Origin: an uncultured Lachnospiraceae bacterium
GTDB lineage: Bacteria > Bacillota > Clostridia > Oscillospirales > CAG-272
Length of the DNA stretch: 64,000 bases
Reading direction: 5' to 3'
Assembly (NCBI GenBank): GCA_964603455.1
Contig: CAZRVL010000004.1
Coordinates: forward strand, 298 to 64,297
A model generated the notes under the pieces. It saw only the letters and a list, made by a program, of their open reading frames with translations, was not told the DNA's origin and made no database searches. Below are positions 1-12,963 of this stretch, in pieces. Each line of letters begins with the position of its first letter. Position 1 is the first letter of the stretch. The position numbers were made by a program, and so were the translations under genes.

Positions 1-127
1 TACTCAAAATCCCGAAACTCCCACCTCCAACTGAACATACTTCTACCTTCCGCTCATAAAAACCTACTCAGGTGAATCTCAAACCGCCATTATAGTTAAA
101 TGCCGTATGGACAACTGAAGCTTGATC

Positions 128-373
128 TCAATCGGTGAGTAGCTTCACATAGATCACGCAAATGATATATTCTATGACAGCGACAAAAATATCCTCGTAG
201 TCGCTCATCACAAGGAAAATCTCCTTTCTTCCCTCGATACCACTATGGAATCCGAATCTATCACTAACTATGACGGGAATTATTACATAAGCTTCAATAG
301 CGCAGGTGTAAAAATATGCGAGCTTGACTTCAGCATCCTCTTTGAATGACCGCTGAGCTTGCCTTGAAAACAA
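128..373 (-). CDS. hypothetical small protein (81 aa)
   Basis: ORF track only; no recognisable motif. Confidence 0.3.
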   Translation of the reverse strand: MFSRQAQRSFKEDAEVKLAYFYTCAIEAYVIIPVIVSDRFGFHSGIEGRKEIFLVMSDYEDIFVAVIEYIICVIYVKLLTD

Positions 374-402
374 TTTCCATTCATAAATACCTCAAAAAAT
401 AA

Positions 403-447
403 AACAATAATGTTGTAGGGACTTTTCCTACAACATTATTGTTTTTT
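403..447. terminator. bidirectional rho-independent terminator-like hairpin
   Basis: Perfect 17-bp stem (403-419 / 427-443), 7-nt loop, T-run 442-447 on plus strand and A-run 395-404 (a U-run on the minus strand). Confidence 0.6.
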
Positions 448-463
448 CGGAGAAAATCATAAT

Positions 464-649
464 ATGCTTGAAGCTATCGCCAAAAATATCGCGACTGCAA
501 TATTTCTCGCCTGTGCAATGCTAGTGAACAGCCTTCTGCCTGAAAAATCGCCGCGAAATAATATCTCTCCTTCCAAGCTGAACACACAAGCTGCTGTCGA
601 AGAAAACGCAGTATTTTTCAAAAATCAAAACAACACTTTTATTACCTGA
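464..649 (+). CDS. hypothetical small protein (61 aa) with hydrophobic N-terminus
   Basis: GGAG about 11 nt upstream of the ATG; ORF bracketed by two hairpin terminators; no homology recognised. Confidence 0.3.
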   Translation: MLEAIAKNIATAIFLACAMLVNSLLPEKSPRNNISPSKLNTQAAVEENAVFFKNQNNTFIT

Positions 650-666
650 CCTCAAACTCATATACT

Positions 667-703
667 AAAAGAGATACTACAATATATGCAGTATCTCTTT
701 TTT
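667..703. terminator. rho-independent terminator-like hairpin
   Basis: Stem 667-678 / 690-701 followed by a T-run on the plus strand; lies between convergent ORFs 464-649 (+) and udp (-). Confidence 0.55.
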
Positions 704-710
704 ATAAAAT

Positions 711-1469
711 CTATCCGATCAGCCGTCTAATCGCACCAACAGCGATCCTTGCCGCCGAAAGCTCATCAGCTTCAATATCGTCAATAATGCCGGCAGCAGC
801 ACGTTCTTGATTCCATATAGTCCTTAAAACAGCTCCGGCTCTTATTCCGAGCGATGCCGACACACAAAACAGTGCCGCAGTCTCCATCTCAGATGCAAGT
901 GCTCCACCTTTTATCCATGCACGCCACTTAGACAAAAGCTCATCGGAGATCGGCATTCTCGCGGGTGAATGCTGCCCATAAAACGAATCCTTGCAATGCA
1001 CTACACCGATATGATAATTTTTACCGACCGCCACAGCTTCATCTCGTAAAGCCGATGTGACCGCAAAATCAGCCGCCGCAGGAAATTCTATAGGCAGATA
1101 CTCTCTCGATGTTCCTTCCGCACGTATAGCCGATGAAGCTATAACAATATCCTCCGCCTTCACATTCTTCGCCATTCCTCCGCAGGTTCCAACGCGTATA
1201 AGAGTGCGAACACCGACCATATAAAGCTCCTCAACACATATCGCAGTTGAAGGACCACCGATACCGTGGCTCATGATTATGATCCGCTCATCTCCGACAG
1301 AAGCCTCAAAAGATGTGTATTCTCGATTTGCCGCCAAAGGAGCATATCCATCACAAAGCGATGCGATCAATTCAACTCTTCCGGGATCTCCGCAGATTAT
1401 CGCAGCCTTTGCCCCCTGATTCTCGGAAATCCCGATGTGATACATACGTTCATTATTATTTACAACCAT
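711..1469 (-). CDS. udp: uridine phosphorylase (PNP/UDP family)
   Basis: Collinear by eye with E. coli Udp (GDPGRVE, SHGIGGPST, RVGTCGG, EMETAALF). Start set to ATG 1469 with an AAAGGATGG RBS 7 nt upstream. The longer 302-aa ORF runs into the TraX gene. Confidence 0.8.
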   Translation of the reverse strand: MVVNNNERMYHIGISENQGAKAAIICGDPGRVELIASLCDGYAPLAANREYTSFEASVGDERIIIMSHGIGGPSTAICVEELYMVGVRTLIRVGTCGGMAKNVKAEDIVIASSAIRAEGTSREYLPIEFPAAADFAVTSALRDEAVAVGKNYHIGVVHCKDSFYGQHSPARMPISDELLSKWRAWIKGGALASEMETAALFCVSASLGIRAGAVLRTIWNQERAAAGIIDDIEADELSAARIAVGAIRRLIG

Positions 1470-1519
1470 AACATTACCATCCTTTCGAGATCTTAACTTC
1501 AAAAAGAGGATGACCAATG

Positions 1520-2230
1520 TCACCCTCTCAAAAGCAATTTTAAAATATATATGACAAACAAATGCGCCGGATAAAAAATATAGAAAAGCCATTTTGATGC
1601 TCTGCCGCTCCTTCCGCACTCACCATTGTAGCAGGTGAGCAGTCCGACAGCTACCAGCATTCCGCTCTGCATAAAAGCTTCTGCCAAGCTTCTTGAAGAT
1701 ACCGCCATAAATATTGATACGATAAGCGGCACGATCAGCCTTTTCATCCCACGGTCACGCATCAAGAAACAGCCGAGAACCATAATCGGTGCATAAATAT
1801 ACCAATCGCTGACAACCGTAATCAAAATACATCCGACAGCTACGATAATCCGCAAAGGAAGACATTTTATATTTTCCCATGCCTCAAGCATCAAAAGAGA
1901 TACCAAAAGCGTAAACATCATAGACAATCGCAGCGGACGCATAGTATCATAAAACACTAAAGTATAAAACGGCTGTGAGATCAGGGCGAACACTGCAATG
2001 CGCAGAATATATTTTTTACGCGAAGAAGTGTGTAAAAATCCCTCCGCTATGAAAAAGCACATGATCGGTGCAGTTGTCCTGCCTATAAATCTACATAGAT
2101 AGTATACTATTCCAATGCTGCTGCCGAGCGTCCCGACTAAAAATACCGCCGCTATGTGATCGATCAGCATTGCAGCGACCGCAATACATTTTAAATTATA
2201 GCGGTCGAGCGAAAATCTTTGTTCGATCAT
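1520..2230 (-). CDS. TraX family membrane protein
   Basis: Multi-TM protein with N-terminal LKCIAVAAMLIDHIA motif typical of the TraX family. Confidence 0.6.
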   Translation of the reverse strand: MIEQRFSLDRYNLKCIAVAAMLIDHIAAVFLVGTLGSSIGIVYYLCRFIGRTTAPIMCFFIAEGFLHTSSRKKYILRIAVFALISQPFYTLVFYDTMRPLRLSMMFTLLVSLLMLEAWENIKCLPLRIIVAVGCILITVVSDWYIYAPIMVLGCFLMRDRGMKRLIVPLIVSIFMAVSSRSLAEAFMQSGMLVAVGLLTCYNGECGRSGRASKWLFYIFYPAHLFVIYILKLLLRG

Positions 2231-2808
2231 TTAGTCGGATCAAGGAATTTCCAATATGCCTTGAAATAGTTGAGACCGGACCATACAGTCATGACAGTCA
2301 TAAGTGCCATAGTGACATATGACAGTATATGATTTGCTGCTATGACCGATGAAGCCGGGAATATCACCGGTTCGAGCAATATCGTAATAACACATATTAT
2401 CTGTGTTACCGTTTTTACTTTTCCGAGCCATGCCGCAGCAATAACTACTCCGGCAGTATTCGAAACGATCATTCTCATTGATGTCACGGCAAGTTCTCTG
2501 AAGATAACAATAAGTGCTACCCAAACAAATGCCGGACGTATATAATCATACTTGTAAAGTATCGCCAGCATAGCACCGAATATCATGAACTTGTCGGCAA
2601 GCGGATCAATAAATTTTCCGAAATCGGTTATCATATTGCACTTTCGAGCGATCATTCCGTCAAGCATATCGGTAAGTGCAGTCAAAATGAATATCGCAGC
2701 TCCGATTATCCGCGACCATGTATCGGGAAGTATCGGAACTATCAAAGCCAGCATAAAGAGCGGGACCATGATAACTCTCGCTATCGAGAGCTTATTTGGA
2801 AGATTCAT
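2227..2808 (-). CDS. pgsA: CDP-diacylglycerol--glycerol-3-phosphate 3-phosphatidyltransferase
   Basis: CDP-alcohol phosphatidyltransferase motif DMLDGMIARKCNMITDFGKFIDPLADK; multi-TM; 4-nt overlap with the downstream gene. Confidence 0.85.
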   Translation of the reverse strand: MNLPNKLSIARVIMVPLFMLALIVPILPDTWSRIIGAAIFILTALTDMLDGMIARKCNMITDFGKFIDPLADKFMIFGAMLAILYKYDYIRPAFVWVALIVIFRELAVTSMRMIVSNTAGVVIAAAWLGKVKTVTQIICVITILLEPVIFPASSVIAANHILSYVTMALMTVMTVWSGLNYFKAYWKFLDPTK

Positions 2809-2870
2809 AAACTATCCTTCTTTCTTGATTATGATGTCTTTTGCAGTCCTTTTCGATCAGACAGCAAGGC

Positions 2871-4217
2871 TCACAGCTTGTCACCGACAAGATCATAGTC
2901 AACAGCTTCGGTTATTCTCACCTTTACGAAGCTTCCGTCCTCGATAGAATTTTTAGGTGCTTTGAACCATATTTTTCCGTCTATTTCGGCTGCATCCGCT
3001 TCGCTTCTGCCCTCATACATTTCAGCAACTGGATCATATCCCTCGCAAAGCACCTCATATACCTTTCCGATCTTTTCGGTATTCAATTCATCGCTTATGC
3101 GTCCCTGCTCACCCATGATAATATCACAGCGATCCTGTTTTATCTGCTCATCGATCTGATCGGGGAAATCATATGCCGGAGTGTCCTCCTCGCGAGAATA
3201 TGCAAACGCACCAAGACGGTCGAACTTCGCTTCCTTCACATATTCGCAAAGCTCATTGAAATCCTCATCTGTTTCACCCGGGAAACCTACTATAACGGTC
3301 GTTCGGATAGTTATTCCGGGTACTCCCTCACGAAGCCGTCTTACAGTCTCGCGAATGAGCGACCCGTCACCGTGACGATTCATCTTCTTAAGTATCTTGT
3401 CCGAAATATGCTGTATCGGAAGGTCTATATATTTGCATATGCGCGGATTCTCACGGATGGTCTCTATAAGCTCATCGGTTATCTTGTCCGGATAGCAGTA
3501 GAGTACCCTTATCCACGGTATCGAGGTTTCCTCGGTTATGCGGTTGAGAAGCTCGGCTAATTTATATTCTCCGTACAGATCAAGTCCATAGCGCGTGGTA
3601 TCCTGAGCTATTACACACAGCTCTTTCACGCCGAGTTCTTCAAGGCTTTTTGCCTCTTCGATAAGTTCTTCCATCGGACGTGAACGGAATTTTCCGCGTA
3701 TTCCAGGAATAGCACAGTAGGTACAACGGTTATCACAGCCCTCTGCAACCTTTAAATACGCAAAATACTCCGGAGTGGTAACTATTCTCTCGCCGCCGAG
3801 CTTTACAGTATTCTTGTCTTCGAAATCGCTGAAGCGTTTGCCTTCAGCAGCTGCCTTGACCGCTTTTACGATATTGTGTATACTGCCGACACCGAGAACG
3901 GCATCGACCTCAGGAAGCTCATCAAATATCGCCTCACGGTATCTTTCAGCAAGGCATCCGGTGACAACTATACCCTTAAGATTCCTGTTCTTCTTAAGCC
4001 AACCGATGTCGATTATATTGTCAATAGATTCCTGCTTTGCGCTTTCGATGAAAGCACAGGTGTTGATAACGATAACATCCGCTTCAATATCCTCGGAAAC
4101 TATCTCAAAGCCTTCTTCATGGAGTTCATGCAGCATGACCTCGGTATCGAGCTGATTCTTCGGACATCCGAGCGAAACAAATCCAACCTTCATAAAATAT
4201 ACCAATTCCTTTTTCAA
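2871..4217 (-). CDS. rimO: ribosomal protein S12 methylthiotransferase RimO
   Basis: MTTase N-domain (VSLGCPKNQLDTE), radical-SAM CDNRCTYC, C-terminal TRAM-like domain. Start is either TTG 4217 (GAGGAAG RBS) or ATG 4193. Confidence 0.85.
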   Translation of the reverse strand: MKKELVYFMKVGFVSLGCPKNQLDTEVMLHELHEEGFEIVSEDIEADVIVINTCAFIESAKQESIDNIIDIGWLKKNRNLKGIVVTGCLAERYREAIFDELPEVDAVLGVGSIHNIVKAVKAAAEGKRFSDFEDKNTVKLGGERIVTTPEYFAYLKVAEGCDNRCTYCAIPGIRGKFRSRPMEELIEEAKSLEELGVKELCVIAQDTTRYGLDLYGEYKLAELLNRITEETSIPWIRVLYCYPDKITDELIETIRENPRICKYIDLPIQHISDKILKKMNRHGDGSLIRETVRRLREGVPGITIRTTVIVGFPGETDEDFNELCEYVKEAKFDRLGAFAYSREEDTPAYDFPDQIDEQIKQDRCDIIMGEQGRISDELNTEKIGKVYEVLCEGYDPVAEMYEGRSEADAAEIDGKIWFKAPKNSIEDGSFVKVRITEAVDYDLVGDKL

Positions 4218-4892
4218 TTAATACTCTTCCTCGATCCTTCTGAGTATTCGCCTTACCGAATCAGGCGAATACCCATATCTGAAAAATGAAGAAATTATCT
4301 TTTCACGGTATTTTCTACCGTCAATGCTCGAATCGAGCCGTGAAATATCGATTTTCCTGCGAACTGTCCTTTCAAGTATCTCGTCAAAATCAAATTCGCA
4401 GAAAATATCATCAAGCTCATCCGAAATAATCTCACCTGAAATCCCTTTTTTTATAAGCTCCTGCTTTATTCTTGAAGGACCGTATCCCTTTGCGATCAGC
4501 TGCTCAACTATATGCTTAAGCTGCCGTCTTTCATCGACAAGTCCGAGCTGTTCAACATATTCCGCCGCCGATTCGGATATTTCCCTGTCGAATCCGCGTT
4601 GCCTCAGCTTTTCACAGAGCCGCTTTTTTGAATTATCACCGTAAGACAGAATATCAAATGCCTTCTTGACCGCTTTCCAAAGCCTTGAATCATATTCAAG
4701 CTCATCAAATTGCTCGCAGCTCAGCGCATACGGCAATTCACCACCGGCTATGTTTCCGATTTCAAAAAGCATTCGTGAATCGACCGTAAGCATTCGTTCT
4801 TCTATATTCTCACCATTCGTCAGCTTTACGGTCAAAACGACCTCATCTCCGCCGCGCCGTCCTTCAAGAGCAGTTATGGATATTTCCATCAC
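4218..4892 (-). CDS. recX: recombination regulator RecX
   Basis: Immediately downstream of recA with a 4-nt overlap; three-helix repeat region ([10 protein letters not shown]..., [17 protein letters not shown]). Confidence 0.75.
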   Translation of the reverse strand: MMEISITALEGRRGGDEVVLTVKLTNGENIEERMLTVDSRMLFEIGNIAGGELPYALSCEQFDELEYDSRLWKAVKKAFDILSYGDNSKKRLCEKLRQRGFDREISESAAEYVEQLGLVDERRQLKHIVEQLIAKGYGPSRIKQELIKKGISGEIISDELDDIFCEFDFDEILERTVRRKIDISRLDSSIDGRKYREKIISSFFRYGYSPDSVRRILRRIEEEY

Positions 4893-6046
4893 TCATCCGA
4901 GCCGCTGTCTTCATCGGACAGCAGACGAATGTTGAGCTCCTCTTCATCGGGATCCTCAAGCTCCTCCTCGTCCTCTTCACCGTCACTGTCGTAATTGTTG
5001 CTCATTAGAGTTTCGACTTCATCGCGCTTTGCACGTATCTTCTCGGCAAGTTCATCGAGCAGCGTGGGATGCGACTCAATGTACTTCTTAGCATTTTCCT
5101 TGCCCTGCGCAATGCGCTGACCTTCATATGAGAACCACGAGCCGCTCTTTGTGATAAAGCCGAGCTCGATTCCAATATCAACGATTTCACCAGATTTTGC
5201 AATTCCCTTGCCGTAGATAATATCAAATTCCGCGGTCTTGAAGGGAGGTGCGACTTTGTTCTTTACGATCTTGCACTTTACGTGGTTTCCATAGACCTCG
5301 CTGCCCTCCTTGAGTTGTTCCGCACGTCTTATCTCAATTCGAACAGACGCATAGAACTTCAAAGCACGACCGCCAGGAGTGGTCTCGGGATTTCCGTACA
5401 TAACTCCGATCTTCTCACGCAGCTGGTTTATAAATATTATAACACAGTTCGACTTTGCGACCGCACCTGACAGCTTTTTAAGAGCCTGAGACATAAGTCT
5501 CGCCTGAAGTCCGACATGAGACGATGCCATATCCCCTTCTATCTCCTGCTGAGTGACAAGTGCTGCGACCGAGTCAACTACAACGACATCTATAGCTCCG
5601 GAACGTATCAGAGCCTCGGCAATGTCAAGTGCCTGCTCACCGCTCGAAGGCTGTGAAACGAGAAGACGGTCAATATCGACACCGAGTGCCTTTGCATAAA
5701 CCGGATCGAGCGCATTCTCAACATCGATATATGCAGCCTCTCCGCCGGTCTTTTGAGTTTCGGCTACGACATGGAGAGCAACAGTAGTTTTACCCGAGGA
5801 TTCAGGACCATATATCTCCACTATCCTTCCACGCGGAACACCGCCGATGCCGAGTGCAAGGTCAAGCGTCAGCGATCCAGTGGATATAGCATTTATCTCC
5901 ATCGCAGGTGCTTCTCCCATACGCATTATAGTTCCCTTACCGAAATCCTTTTCTATCTGTCCGATCGCACCTTCAATAGCTTTGCGCTTTTCATCTCTGT
6001 CAACGATCTGAGACGGAACAGGCTTGCTTTGTCCTTTAGCTTTCAT
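4889..6046 (-). CDS. recA: recombinase RecA
   Basis: Canonical RecA sequence ([42 protein letters not shown]); long acidic C-terminal tail. Confidence 0.98.
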   Translation of the reverse strand: MKAKGQSKPVPSQIVDRDEKRKAIEGAIGQIEKDFGKGTIMRMGEAPAMEINAISTGSLTLDLALGIGGVPRGRIVEIYGPESSGKTTVALHVVAETQKTGGEAAYIDVENALDPVYAKALGVDIDRLLVSQPSSGEQALDIAEALIRSGAIDVVVVDSVAALVTQQEIEGDMASSHVGLQARLMSQALKKLSGAVAKSNCVIIFINQLREKIGVMYGNPETTPGGRALKFYASVRIEIRRAEQLKEGSEVYGNHVKCKIVKNKVAPPFKTAEFDIIYGKGIAKSGEIVDIGIELGFITKSGSWFSYEGQRIAQGKENAKKYIESHPTLLDELAEKIRAKRDEVETLMSNNYDSDGEEDEEELEDPDEEELNIRLLSDEDSGSDE

Positions 6047-6099
6047 AATATGCCTCCTTGTATTTTGTCAGGATGTACCAGACATTTTTTTAAATATTT

Positions 6100-6636
6100 T
6101 CAATATATCGAGCTGTCAAATTTCCAAACGCCGTTTTCCTTCTGCATGGTGACTTCGAGTACGTCATCGCCCGAGCTTACCGCCACCTTGGCTTTGAATC
6201 GGTTTTGCTTGACTATCTCAATGCTTTCGAGATCAAATTCGCGCTGTTCGCCGAAATCCGCCGTCACCTCGGGGTTTACATACAGCTTTCCGCCAATCTC
6301 CAAATATTTAGCATCTATCGCACCCTCGTCAGCCGATACTCCTTCAAAAGCCGTATTTGAAAGAACCTTTATATAGCTCTCGGAAAAGACTTCGCTCATC
6401 GCCGATTTAAGATCTGCAACAGACTGATACCTGCTGTCAGTAACAAGATAATATCCGTTGCTTTCTTCGAGCATCGAGCGTTCTATTTCATTGCCGTAGA
6501 TCACCGAATAAAGCTCACGTGCCTTCGGTTCAAGCTCACGAACCGCTGTGATAAGCTCCTCGGAATCGTATTTTTGACAAGATACCAAACACAGTAAGAG
6601 CGAGAATGTCAGTATAAAGCAGATAAACCTTTTCAT
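6100..6636 (-). CDS. hypothetical lipoprotein
   Basis: Signal peptide with lipobox LVSC (MKRFICFILTFSLLLCLVSC); function not recognised. Confidence 0.6.
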   Translation of the reverse strand: MKRFICFILTFSLLLCLVSCQKYDSEELITAVRELEPKARELYSVIYGNEIERSMLEESNGYYLVTDSRYQSVADLKSAMSEVFSESYIKVLSNTAFEGVSADEGAIDAKYLEIGGKLYVNPEVTADFGEQREFDLESIEIVKQNRFKAKVAVSSGDDVLEVTMQKENGVWKFDSSIY

Positions 6637-6648
6637 CCCGCCCCTCCT

Positions 6649-9219
6649 TTAAATATCGCGGTCTTCAGGCTCTTCCTGAATATCCACAATATCATCGTCA
6701 TCAAAAACAAGCTCTTCGGTCTCGTTTGAAATATTCTCATCCTTCTCGGCTTCGGAGAGCTGCGCATCGGTCTCTTCTTCATTTTCGACCTTTGCAAAAT
6801 TTACGAGTATCGCGCCCTCCGCGAGCTTCATAGCAATAACTCCTCCGGCACTTCTTCCGTAGAAGGGTATCTCGGATACCGGTGTACGGATTATAGTACC
6901 GTCATTTGTGATCATGAGAATATCATCTGTATCCGATACCGCAGAAATTCCGGCAAGCTTTCCGGTGCGTTCACCGATTCCGTGGCACATAACACCCTTT
7001 ACACCTCTGCTGTGAGCCGAGAAATTATCAAATCTGCATCTCTTTCCGAAACCGCCCTCGGTTATCGTAAGCAGCGATTTTTCATCGTCAACAACAGCGC
7101 ATCCGACAACAAAATCACCATCCGAAAGTGTGATTCCTTTAACGCCGCGTGCAGTTCTTCCCATAGGACGAACTTCCTTTTCGGAAAATCTCGCAGACAT
7201 TCCATCGTGTGTGGCTATTATTACCTCTTCATTTCCGGTCGTATGCTTCACATACTGAAGTTCATCGCCGTCATCAAGACATATAGCGATCTTTCCGCCC
7301 TTGCGCTGATATTCAAATTCCGAAAGCAAAGTCTTCTTGACTATTCCGCCGCGTGTCACCATAAACAGATATTCATCAGCGGTAAATTCCTTGACAGCGA
7401 TCGCCGCAGTTATCTTTTCGCCCGATTCGAGCTCAAGGATATTAACTATATTCGATCCCTTTGCAGTCCTTCCCGCCTCAGGTATCTGATATGCCTTCAT
7501 GGTATGGACTTTTCCCGTGTTGGTGAAGAACATTATGAGCGAATGACTGTTCGCGACCATAACATTTTCAACATAGTCCTCTTCCTTTGTTGACATACCG
7601 ATTATACCCTTGCCTCCGCGCCTCTGAGCCGAATAGGTATCAGCCGGCTGACGCTTAATATATCCGGCATGTGTCATAGTTATAACACAGGCATGACGTT
7701 CGATAAGATCTTCATACACGATGTCATCCTCAGCCGCAACAAGCTCTGTTCGTCTCGGATCGCTGAACTTATCCTTTATCGCGAGCATCTCGTTCTTTAT
7801 GATCTCTTTGATCTTGCCCTCATCGGCAAGTATCGCAGTAAGCTCCGCAATAGTCTCAGCCAGCTTTGCAAGTCTCTCCTCGATCTTCTTTCTTTCAAGA
7901 CCTGAAAGACGACCCAAGGTCATCTCAACTATCGCCTGTGCCTGTATGTCATCAAGACCGAAACGCTCTATCAATTTTGCCTTAGCGTCCGGAATGGAAG
8001 CCGATCTCTTTATAGTCTCGATAACTTCGTCTATATTGTCGATAGCGATCTTCAAGCCCTCTAATATGTGAGCCTCACGCTTTGCCTTTTCAAGATCGAA
8101 CTTTACACGGCGGGTGATAACATCTTCCTGATGAGCCACATAATATTCGAGTATCTGCTTTAAGTTCAGAACCTTCGGTACATTGTTGACAAGAGCCAAC
8201 ATATTTATCGCACAGGTATCCTGAAGCTGAGTATACTTGTAGAGCTGATTCAGGATTATCTGTCCGTTGGCATCACGGCGATAGTCTATGACTATGCGCA
8301 TTCCGTCTCGTCCGGATTCATCGCGTATTGCAGTTATGCCCTCTATGCGCTTATCACGCACAAGTCCTGCCATTGCCTCTATGAGCATACTCTTGTTGAC
8401 TTGATACGGTATCTCGGTAACGATGATCCTGTGCTTATCTTCCTCTATTTCGCACTTCGAGCGAACCATCACACGTCCGCGTCCGGTAGAATAAGCCTCA
8501 TATATTCCGTTCGAGCCGTATATAGTCGCAGCGGTCGGGAAATCCGGTCCCTTTATGAACTGCATAAGATCCTTTATCGAGCAGTCCGGATTTTCCATAA
8601 GATATATAGCACCGTCTATTACCTCTCCCAAATTGTGAGGAGGGATATTGGTAGCCATACCGACCGCAATACCGATAGAACCATTCACCAAAAGATTCGG
8701 GAATCTCGCCGGAAGCACCGAGGGCTCATCTCGGCTGTTGTCAAAGTTCGGTACGAAATCAACAACATCCTTGTCAATATCGGACATCATATCGTTTGAA
8801 AGCTTTGCAAGTCTCGCCTCTGTATAACGGTATGCAGCCGCAGGGTCTCCATCGACCGAACCGAAGTTTCCCTGTCCCTCTACAAGCGGATACCTCATCG
8901 AGAAATCCTGCGCAAGTCTTACCATCGAATCATAGACCGCCGAGTCACCGTGCGGATGGTATCTACCAAGCACATTACCGACAGTCGTCGCCGATTTTCT
9001 GAATCCCTTGTCATAGGTCAGATGATCCTCATACATAGCATAAAGTATACGTCGATGAACAGGCTTGAGTCCGTCTCTGACATCGGGCAGCGCACGCGAC
9101 ATGATAACGCTCATAGAATAAGCTATGAATGAAGTCTCGACCTCATGCTTCATCTCTATACCGACAATTTTTTGATTGGGGTAGGAGATGTCTTCGTTTT
9201 TGTCATTCTTGTGTTCCAT
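6649..9219 (-). CDS. gyrA: DNA gyrase subunit A
   Basis: Active-site region [15 protein letters not shown]-like [11 protein letters not shown]-terminal beta-pinwheel repeats, acidic tail. Confidence 0.98.
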   Translation of the reverse strand: MEHKNDKNEDISYPNQKIVGIEMKHEVETSFIAYSMSVIMSRALPDVRDGLKPVHRRILYAMYEDHLTYDKGFRKSATTVGNVLGRYHPHGDSAVYDSMVRLAQDFSMRYPLVEGQGNFGSVDGDPAAAYRYTEARLAKLSNDMMSDIDKDVVDFVPNFDNSRDEPSVLPARFPNLLVNGSIGIAVGMATNIPPHNLGEVIDGAIYLMENPDCSIKDLMQFIKGPDFPTAATIYGSNGIYEAYSTGRGRVMVRSKCEIEEDKHRIIVTEIPYQVNKSMLIEAMAGLVRDKRIEGITAIRDESGRDGMRIVIDYRRDANGQIILNQLYKYTQLQDTCAINMLALVNNVPKVLNLKQILEYYVAHQEDVITRRVKFDLEKAKREAHILEGLKIAIDNIDEVIETIKRSASIPDAKAKLIERFGLDDIQAQAIVEMTLGRLSGLERKKIEERLAKLAETIAELTAILADEGKIKEIIKNEMLAIKDKFSDPRRTELVAAEDDIVYEDLIERHACVITMTHAGYIKRQPADTYSAQRRGGKGIIGMSTKEEDYVENVMVANSHSLIMFFTNTGKVHTMKAYQIPEAGRTAKGSNIVNILELESGEKITAAIAVKEFTADEYLFMVTRGGIVKKTLLSEFEYQRKGGKIAICLDDGDELQYVKHTTGNEEVIIATHDGMSARFSEKEVRPMGRTARGVKGITLSDGDFVVGCAVVDDEKSLLTITEGGFGKRCRFDNFSAHSRGVKGVMCHGIGERTGKLAGISAVSDTDDILMITNDGTIIRTPVSEIPFYGRSAGGVIAMKLAEGAILVNFAKVENEEETDAQLSEAEKDENISNETEELVFDDDDIVDIQEEPEDRDI

Positions 9220-9500
9220 TTTTACCTCGTTTGTTTTTGAGGTTGTGAATTATCGCTCCACATTTTAACAACCGTTAAAACAATTAAGAATTTTACCACA
9301 GGCATATGTAAAGCTCTGTGGAAATTAAAGCTTTATCTTTTCACAACCAGTTCTTAGGCTTATAAAGCCGAAATGCTTATATGTCAGCAACAGCAAATTA
9401 AGGTGTTATATTAAAGTTTTACACAGCCTTTTTAACAATCTGTGCAAAACTTTAATAATTCTCCGAATATGTTAAAATATCCTTGAAAACCCTCTCAAAA

Positions 9501-11453
<1,953 letters not shown>

Positions 11454-11551
11454 TCAGTAATCCTTTCTTTGCAGTAAAAATAAGCTAATATCTTTACTGC
11501 TTTCTTTCTCCGATAAGCGATCCTACAGTTCAAATAAGATCGCACCGTTTG

Positions 11552-11818
11552 TCATAGCTTTGGCTCCGCGATCTCATACAGAGCATCCGCACGCCCGGCA
11601 AGAGCCGCTGCCGAGATCTGTGAGACATACACATATCCGTCATCTGTAAGGATAAACGATTTCGGAATATCCTCCTTGACATTTATCATTCGTCCGTCTC
11701 TCTCCGCAGCGCGCAGAAAATTTTTTGTCGCAGCGGTCATAGTCGCCGTATCCATGTCAAATACTCCGACTACCGACCTTGTTCTGATCATTCTGTTGTT
11801 TCCGGCATGTATATACAA
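11552..11818 (-). CDS. remB: DUF370 / RemB-like small protein
   Basis: 88 aa between recF and gyrB, as for B. subtilis yaaB/remB; TTG start with an AAGGAG RBS 8 nt upstream. Confidence 0.6.
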   Translation of the reverse strand: MYIHAGNNRMIRTRSVVGVFDMDTATMTAATKNFLRAAERDGRMINVKEDIPKSFILTDDGYVYVSQISAAALAGRADALYEIAEPKL

Positions 11819-11823
11819 AGCTC

Positions 11824-12963
11824 CTACTCCTTTGAAAAGCTAACGGCATTGCCTTTTTCGTATCTGCCGCCATCAACGCTTATAAATTCGGCATCTCCCC
11901 CAAACGGCGGCGGAGTACATGCAGTCATTATGACCTGTCTTTCTCCGAGTCTTGACAGCAAAAATCTCTGTCTTGCAGGATCGAGCTCAGACAAAACATC
12001 GTCAAAAAGAAATACCGGGTACTCTCCGGAGTATTCCTTTGAAATCTCTCCCTCTCCGAGCTTCATCGCAAGAGCAAGCGATCTCTGCTGCCCCTGTGAG
12101 GCGTACATACGCGCTTCACGGCCGTTAAGGAATATTTCGATGTCATCCTTGTGTGAGCCATAAAGCGATGCTCCTGCGGCGATCTCGCGTCCCACATTGG
12201 CATTCAGCGCTCTTTCATACGCTTCAAAAGCCTCATTCTCGGACAGCATATCGTTTTTAAGGCTGTTTTTAAATCTCAGCTCGGGGACTTCGTTTTTTTC
12301 ACTTACCCCCGAAAGCTCCTCGAAAAACAGCTTGACTGATTTTTCCAGATCGGCTATATACCTTTTGCGTGTCGAATATATGAATGCCGCCTCACGCGCG
12401 AGCTGCTCCGAATATACCTCAAGCAGCGCACGTTCTCCGACACCCTCTCCGAGCTGCTTCAAGAGTGAGTTCCGCTGAGTCAATATCTTGTTGTGCCTTG
12501 TAAGAGCAGCGAGATACATCGGTCTCAGCTGGCATATTGCTATATCCATGAACGAACGCCGCTCTGCCGGTCCGTCCTTGACTATCGACAAATGCTCGGG
12601 ACAAAACAGCACAGCTCTGAAGACTCCGAGAAATTCGGCTATCCGCACCGACTGGACTCCGTTTTTGCGGCATTCGCGGCGTTTCCCGGATTCGGCAGAA
12701 TATGCTTTAAAGCTTAGAAACTGTTCTCTTCTCGAATCGTTTATCGTAAGCTCGACCTCAAAGCTGTCCGCTCCGAATCTCACGAGCTCACGCTCTTTTG
12801 AGGTTCTAAAGCTCTTTCCAGCAGCCATCAGATAAATTCCCTCAAGAGCATTTGTTTTTCCCTGCGCATTATTTCCGAGGAAAACGTTCACACCCGGAGA
12901 AAAGCTCAACTCGGCATCACATATATTTCGGAAATCACGATATTTGACCCTTGAAACGATCAT
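11824..12963 (-). CDS. recF: DNA replication/repair protein RecF
   Basis: Walker A GNNAQGKTNALE, ABC/SMC-like signature region, position after dnaN. Confidence 0.95.
   Translation of the reverse strand: MIVSRVKYRDFRNICDAELSFSPGVNVFLGNNAQGKTNALEGIYLMAAGKSFRTSKERELVRFGADSFEVELTINDSRREQFLSFKAYSAESGKRRECRKNGVQSVRIAEFLGVFRAVLFCPEHLSIVKDGPAERRSFMDIAICQLRPMYLAALTRHNKILTQRNSLLKQLGEGVGERALLEVYSEQLAREAAFIYSTRKRYIADLEKSVKLFFEELSGVSEKNEVPELRFKNSLKNDMLSENEAFEAYERALNANVGREIAAGASLYGSHKDDIEIFLNGREARMYASQGQQRSLALAMKLGEGEISKEYSGEYPVFLFDDVLSELDPARQRFLLSRLGERQVIMTACTPPPFGGDAEFISVDGGRYEKGNAVSFSKE

Noticed and set aside
1-38. Possible start of a minus-strand CDS (ATG at 38, GGAAGG 7 nt upstream, MFSWRWEFRDFE...) running off the left edge.
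   Set aside because: Only 12 codons are visible, which is too short to call.
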